This document shows positions 61,122 to 64,000 of a DNA stretch of 64,000 nucleotides, piece by piece. The stretch is from the NCBI GenBank assembly GCA_009835395.1, contig VXXM01000073.1, forward strand, positions 82-64,081, given 5' to 3'. A model generated the notes under the pieces. The model did not search any database. It was not told the origin of the DNA and saw only the letters and a program-made list of their open reading frames with translations. Source of the DNA: Acidimicrobiia bacterium. GTDB lineage: Bacteria; Actinomycetota; Acidimicrobiia; Acidimicrobiales; CATQHL01. The position numbers and the translations under genes were made by a program. The first letter of the stretch is position 1. Each line of letters starts with the position of its first letter.

Positions 61122-62216
61122 GTGAAGTTCAAATGCGAACGGGACACGCTCATCAGCGCCCTGAGTAGAGCCGGTCGTGCCGTGACGACCAAGGCCGGGC
61201 CCGTGGTGGGACTGTCGGGAGTCCTGCTCGAGTTGTCCGGTGACAGCCTCTCAGTCACCGGGAGCGACGTCGATCTGACGATCGCGGACCGGATCACCGT
61301 GAGTGGCAGCGAGAACGGTTCCGCGCTGGTCCAGGCGCGCCTGCTGACCGACATCGTCCGGTCGCTGGATCTGGGCGCGGTGGAGATGGAGTTTGAGGAT
61401 CAGGCCCTCAACGTGCGCGCCGGGCGCTCGGAGTTCTCGTTGCGGACGATGCCCTCATCGGACTTTCCGCGAATCCCGTTGCTCGGTGAGGCCACTGTCA
61501 CCGTCGACGGGCAGGCGTTGGTCGGTGGGCTGCGTCAGGTGGTGTCGGCCGCCGGGCGCGACGAGTCGCGGCCGGTTCTGACGGGAGTGCTACTGACGGC
61601 GTTCGGTGGTGGTCTGCGGGTGGTGGCGACCGACTCGTACCGGTTGGCACAGCGGGACCTCACCAGCGTGTCGATGGAGGTCGGCGAGAAGGGTGTGCTG
61701 GTGCCGTCACGGGCGCTGGAGGAGGTGAGTCGGCTGGTTGTCGGGGATGTGCGCGTCGGCGTCCAGCTCGACGAGAACACCGTGCTGTTCGAGGTCGGAG
61801 AGACGCGTCTGTCGGCGCGCCTGATCAACGGAGACTTCCCGAGCTATGAGGGGCTCATCCCGACCGACCATCCGAATCGGCTGCTGACCGACCGGCAGAA
61901 TCTCCTCGATGCCATTCGGCGTGTTCGTCTGCTGGCGCTGGCGCAGGTCCCGATGCGCGTGAGCATGCAGGCCGGCGGGATGACGTTGTCGGCACGCGCC
62001 CAGGACGTGGGTGAGGCGACGGAGGAGGTGGCCGCCTCCTACGAGGGCGAGGACCTGGTCATCGCCTTCAACGCGCAGTACCTGCACGACGGTGTGGAGG
62101 CGCTCGACGGGGAGGAGATCGCGCTGCTCACGGCTGACAAGTTGAAGCCGGCACTGCTGCGCTCTCCTGCCGAGGACGACTTCCTGTACGTCCTCATGCC
62201 GCTGCGCATCACCTGA
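61122..62216 (+). CDS. dnaN: DNA polymerase III beta sliding clamp
   Basis: 364 aa. Three-domain clamp pattern starting (GTG)KFKCERDTLISALSRAGRAV. Position after dnaA. Confidence 0.95.
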   Translation: MKFKCERDTLISALSRAGRAVTTKAGPVVGLSGVLLELSGDSLSVTGSDVDLTIADRITVSGSENGSALVQARLLTDIVRSLDLGAVEMEFEDQALNVRAGRSEFSLRTMPSSDFPRIPLLGEATVTVDGQALVGGLRQVVSAAGRDESRPVLTGVLLTAFGGGLRVVATDSYRLAQRDLTSVSMEVGEKGVLVPSRALEEVSRLVVGDVRVGVQLDENTVLFEVGETRLSARLINGDFPSYEGLIPTDHPNRLLTDRQNLLDAIRRVRLLALAQVPMRVSMQAGGMTLSARAQDVGEATEEVAASYEGEDLVIAFNAQYLHDGVEALDGEEIALLTADKLKPALLRSPAEDDFLYVLMPLRIT

Positions 62217-62225
62217 GGAGGCGCG

Positions 62226-63323
62226 CTGCTTCGCTGGCTGGAGGTCAACGACTTCCGTCTGCACAAGAGTGTCGCGTTCCAACCCGCCGACGGTCTGACG
62301 GTCGTTCGCGGCCCGAACGGGTCGGGCAAGACGTCGCTTCTGGAAGCGGTCGGCTACCTGGGGACGCTGTCGTCGTTTCGCGGGGCCGGAACGGCTGACC
62401 TCGTCCGGGCCGGCGCCTCCCAGGCGGTGCTGCGCGGTGAGTTCGAGATGGCGGGGCGCCGCCTGCTGGTGGAGACCGAGCTCCGGCCGGCCGCGGGACG
62501 CAACCGGACCCAGGTGAACCGCCAGCCCCTGCGCCGGACCGCGGAACTCCAGGAGCAGGTGCCGGTGCTGACCTTCCAGCCCGACGATCTGCTGGTGGTC
62601 AAGGGCTCCCCCGGCGCACGCCGGGACGCGATCGACGGCGCGATCGTCAGCTTGCGGCCCCGCACCGCCGAGGATCGCCGGCGCCTGGCCGCATGCCTGC
62701 GCCAGCGCAACGCCCTGCTGCGCCAGCTCGGTCCCGGGCATCGCATCGATGCCGACGGCCGGCGCTCGCTCGACATCTGGGACGACCGGCTCGCAGTCGC
62801 CGGCGAGACATGGGCGGAGCATCGCCGCGGCGCGGTCCGCGAACTCCAGCCGCGCATGGAGCGTTTCTTCCGGGAGCTCAGCGGCGACAGAGTGAGTGTC
62901 GTCGAGATGTCGTACGAACCGTTCTGGCTGGCCGCGGGGCTCCAGGCTGCCCTGACGGAGGCCCGCGGCGAGGATCTGCGGCGCGCGGCCACGACCGTCG
63001 GTCCGCATCGCGATGATCTGCACTGGCGCCTCGACGGGTTGCCGGCCCGGACGCACGCCTCGCAGGGCAACCAGAGGTGCCTCTCCCTCGCCCTGCGCCT
63101 GGCACTGCACGAGACGATGACCGAGGCCGCCGGCGCACCTCCGCTCCTGTTGCTGGACGACGTCTTCTCCGAGTTGGATCCCCGGCGTCAGGGGCGGCTG
63201 CTGGCGTTGCTGCCGGCGGGGCAGATTCTGCTGGCGACCGCCGGGGAGGTTCCGCCGGCGGCGCGCCCGGCACAGGTGCTGTGGGTCGAGGAGTTGCCGG
63301 CAGCCCCGACGGCGCCAGGATGA
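62226..63323 (+). CDS. recF: DNA replication/repair protein RecF (apparent CTG start)
   Basis: The track ORF (GTG 62427) lacks the P-loop. The frame is open from the dnaN stop and encodes LLRWLEVNDFRLHKSVAFQPADGLTVVRGPNGSGKTSLLEAV. The only start-like codon is CTG 62226, 4 nt after GAGGAGG. The C-terminal signature LLLDDVFSELD is present. Confidence 0.85.
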   Translation: MLRWLEVNDFRLHKSVAFQPADGLTVVRGPNGSGKTSLLEAVGYLGTLSSFRGAGTADLVRAGASQAVLRGEFEMAGRRLLVETELRPAAGRNRTQVNRQPLRRTAELQEQVPVLTFQPDDLLVVKGSPGARRDAIDGAIVSLRPRTAEDRRRLAACLRQRNALLRQLGPGHRIDADGRRSLDIWDDRLAVAGETWAEHRRGAVRELQPRMERFFRELSGDRVSVVEMSYEPFWLAAGLQAALTEARGEDLRRAATTVGPHRDDLHWRLDGLPARTHASQGNQRCLSLALRLALHETMTEAAGAPPLLLLDDVFSELDPRRQGRLLALLPAGQILLATAGEVPPAARPAQVLWVEELPAAPTAPG

Positions 63324-63664
63324 GCCAGGCATCCGGCGGTCGGCGCGGGCCGCGCCACGTCAAGGACGGCCTGAACCGGCTCTTGGGAGGCCTCGGCTCG
63401 CCGTCCGCGGATGTTCTGGTGGCCCTCTTCGAGCACTGGCCGGAGGTCGCCGGTTCCGCGCTGGCCGATCGCGCCCGGCCTGTGCGCCTCGTTCACCGGC
63501 GCCTGACCGTCGATGTGGACGATCCGGCGCTGGCAGCGCAGGTGCGCTTGCTGGAGAGCGAGTTGGTGGCTCGTCTGGCCGAGCGGCTGGGTCACGGGAA
63601 AGTGCAGTTCATTCGCCCGAGAGTGGTCGGCAGAAGCAACCGGGACCGGCCGCGGAGGCGGTAG
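63320..63664 (+). CDS. dciA: DUF721 protein, DciA-like (Rv0004 position)
   Basis: 114 aa from ATG 63320 (ATGA overlap with the recF stop). DUF721 pattern FEHWPEVAGSALADRARPVRLVHRRLTVDVDDPALAAQVRLLESELVARL. Confidence 0.75.
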   Translation: MSQASGGRRGPRHVKDGLNRLLGGLGSPSADVLVALFEHWPEVAGSALADRARPVRLVHRRLTVDVDDPALAAQVRLLESELVARLAERLGHGKVQFIRPRVVGRSNRDRPRRR

Positions 63665-63789
63665 AATGACCCTGGTCGAGAACAGCCGGCGGCCGGCACC
63701 ACCGGTGCATGCGCTACCCCGTCCAGGGCGCGCGACATGGCCTCACCGAGGCCCCGAGAACGACCGGTACCGGACGGAGACGCTTTCGA

Positions 63790-64000
63790 GTGGTTGATAG
63801 GGCCGAGTCCTACGAAGCAGCTGACATCACCGTTCTCGAAGGTCTGGAGGCTGTACGCCGCCGACCCGGGATGTACATCGGGTCGACCGGGCCCACGGGC
63901 CTGCACCACCTGGTCTACGAAGTGGTGGACAACGCGGTCGACGAGGCGATGGCGGGTCATTGCAGCGAGGTGGACGTCACCCTCCACGCCGACGGGTCCT
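63790..64000 (+). CDS. gyrB: DNA gyrase subunit B (N-terminal 70 codons; continues past window end)
   Basis: Absent from the track (runs off the edge). Manual translation from GTG 63790: [57 protein letters not shown]. Confidence 0.9.
   Translation, partial: MVDRAESYEAADITVLEGLEAVRRRPGMYIGSTGPTGLHHLVYEVVDNAVDEAMAGHCSEVDVTLHADGS

Noticed and set aside
1-64000. CRISPR arrays, rRNA genes, toxin-antitoxin or restriction/defence modules
   Set aside because: No spaced direct repeats, no rRNA-like conserved stretches and no defence-type domains (nucleases, methylases, STAND/AAA defence ATPases) were seen in any supported ORF.

Overview
High-GC Actinomycetota-type chromosomal segment (sampled 60-nt lines run about 70% G+C) ending at the replication-origin neighbourhood. 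All calls rest on manual reading of the ORF track and sequence; no database search was run.

Layout, left to right:
(1) 1-9.7 kb, minus strand: a reductive pyrimidine/beta-alanine catabolic cluster. It holds a NitT/TauT-type ABC importer, an LLM-class oxidoreductase, mmsA, dihydropyrimidinase, a class-III aminotransferase and beta-ureidopropionase.
(2) 9.9-17.6 kb: an orphan CoxM/CoxS-like FAD + 2Fe-2S pair, an ABC exporter, xseAB, a degenerate Glu/Leu/Phe/Val-dehydrogenase-like gene and a DUF3179 lipoprotein.
(3) 17.8-33.1 kb: an accessory-looking segment of visibly lower GC, split by tRNA-Ala and ended by tRNA-Gly.
(4) 33-38.8 kb: a YceI protein, an OmpR/HisKA two-component system, a rhodanese and a crotonase.
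(5) 38.8-64 kb: conserved origin-proximal genes. Their order closely parallels M. tuberculosis Rv3907c-Rv0005: rpsF-rpsR-rplI-ssb-dnaB, panB, cca/pcnA, sigM-like ECF sigma/anti-sigma, trxB-trxA, cwlM-like, parB-parA with a perfect parS, rsmG, jag, yidC, yidD, rnpA, rpmH, then dnaA, dnaN, recF, dciA, gyrB.

Most interesting: the 17.8-24.8 kb cluster. It combines an ERG6/SMT-type sterol methyltransferase homologue, a KshA/Neverland-type Rieske oxygenase, an MMPL/HpnN-type RND transporter and a cytochrome P450 with an N-terminal GPP34/GOLPH3-like domain. I read this as a candidate sterol/isoprenoid-lipid tailoring and transport system. A second sub-cluster follows it: aldehyde dehydrogenase, MpaB-type oxygenase, acyl-CoA dehydrogenase, a second MMPL paralogue and a reductase.

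Other notable points:
- Conserved genes whose conserved N-termini lie upstream of any in-frame ATG/GTG/TTG (recF and the cwlM-like gene; for rnpA none lies between the rpmH stop and the conserved core), implying non-canonical, probably CTG, starts.
- A 340-bp AT-rich-promoter plus C6-tract leader upstream of a relocated ssb.
- A MurJ-less MviN-type pseudokinase.
- A pyrimidine pathway with no canonical dihydropyrimidine dehydrogenase.

No CRISPR array, transposase, integrase or rRNA was seen.
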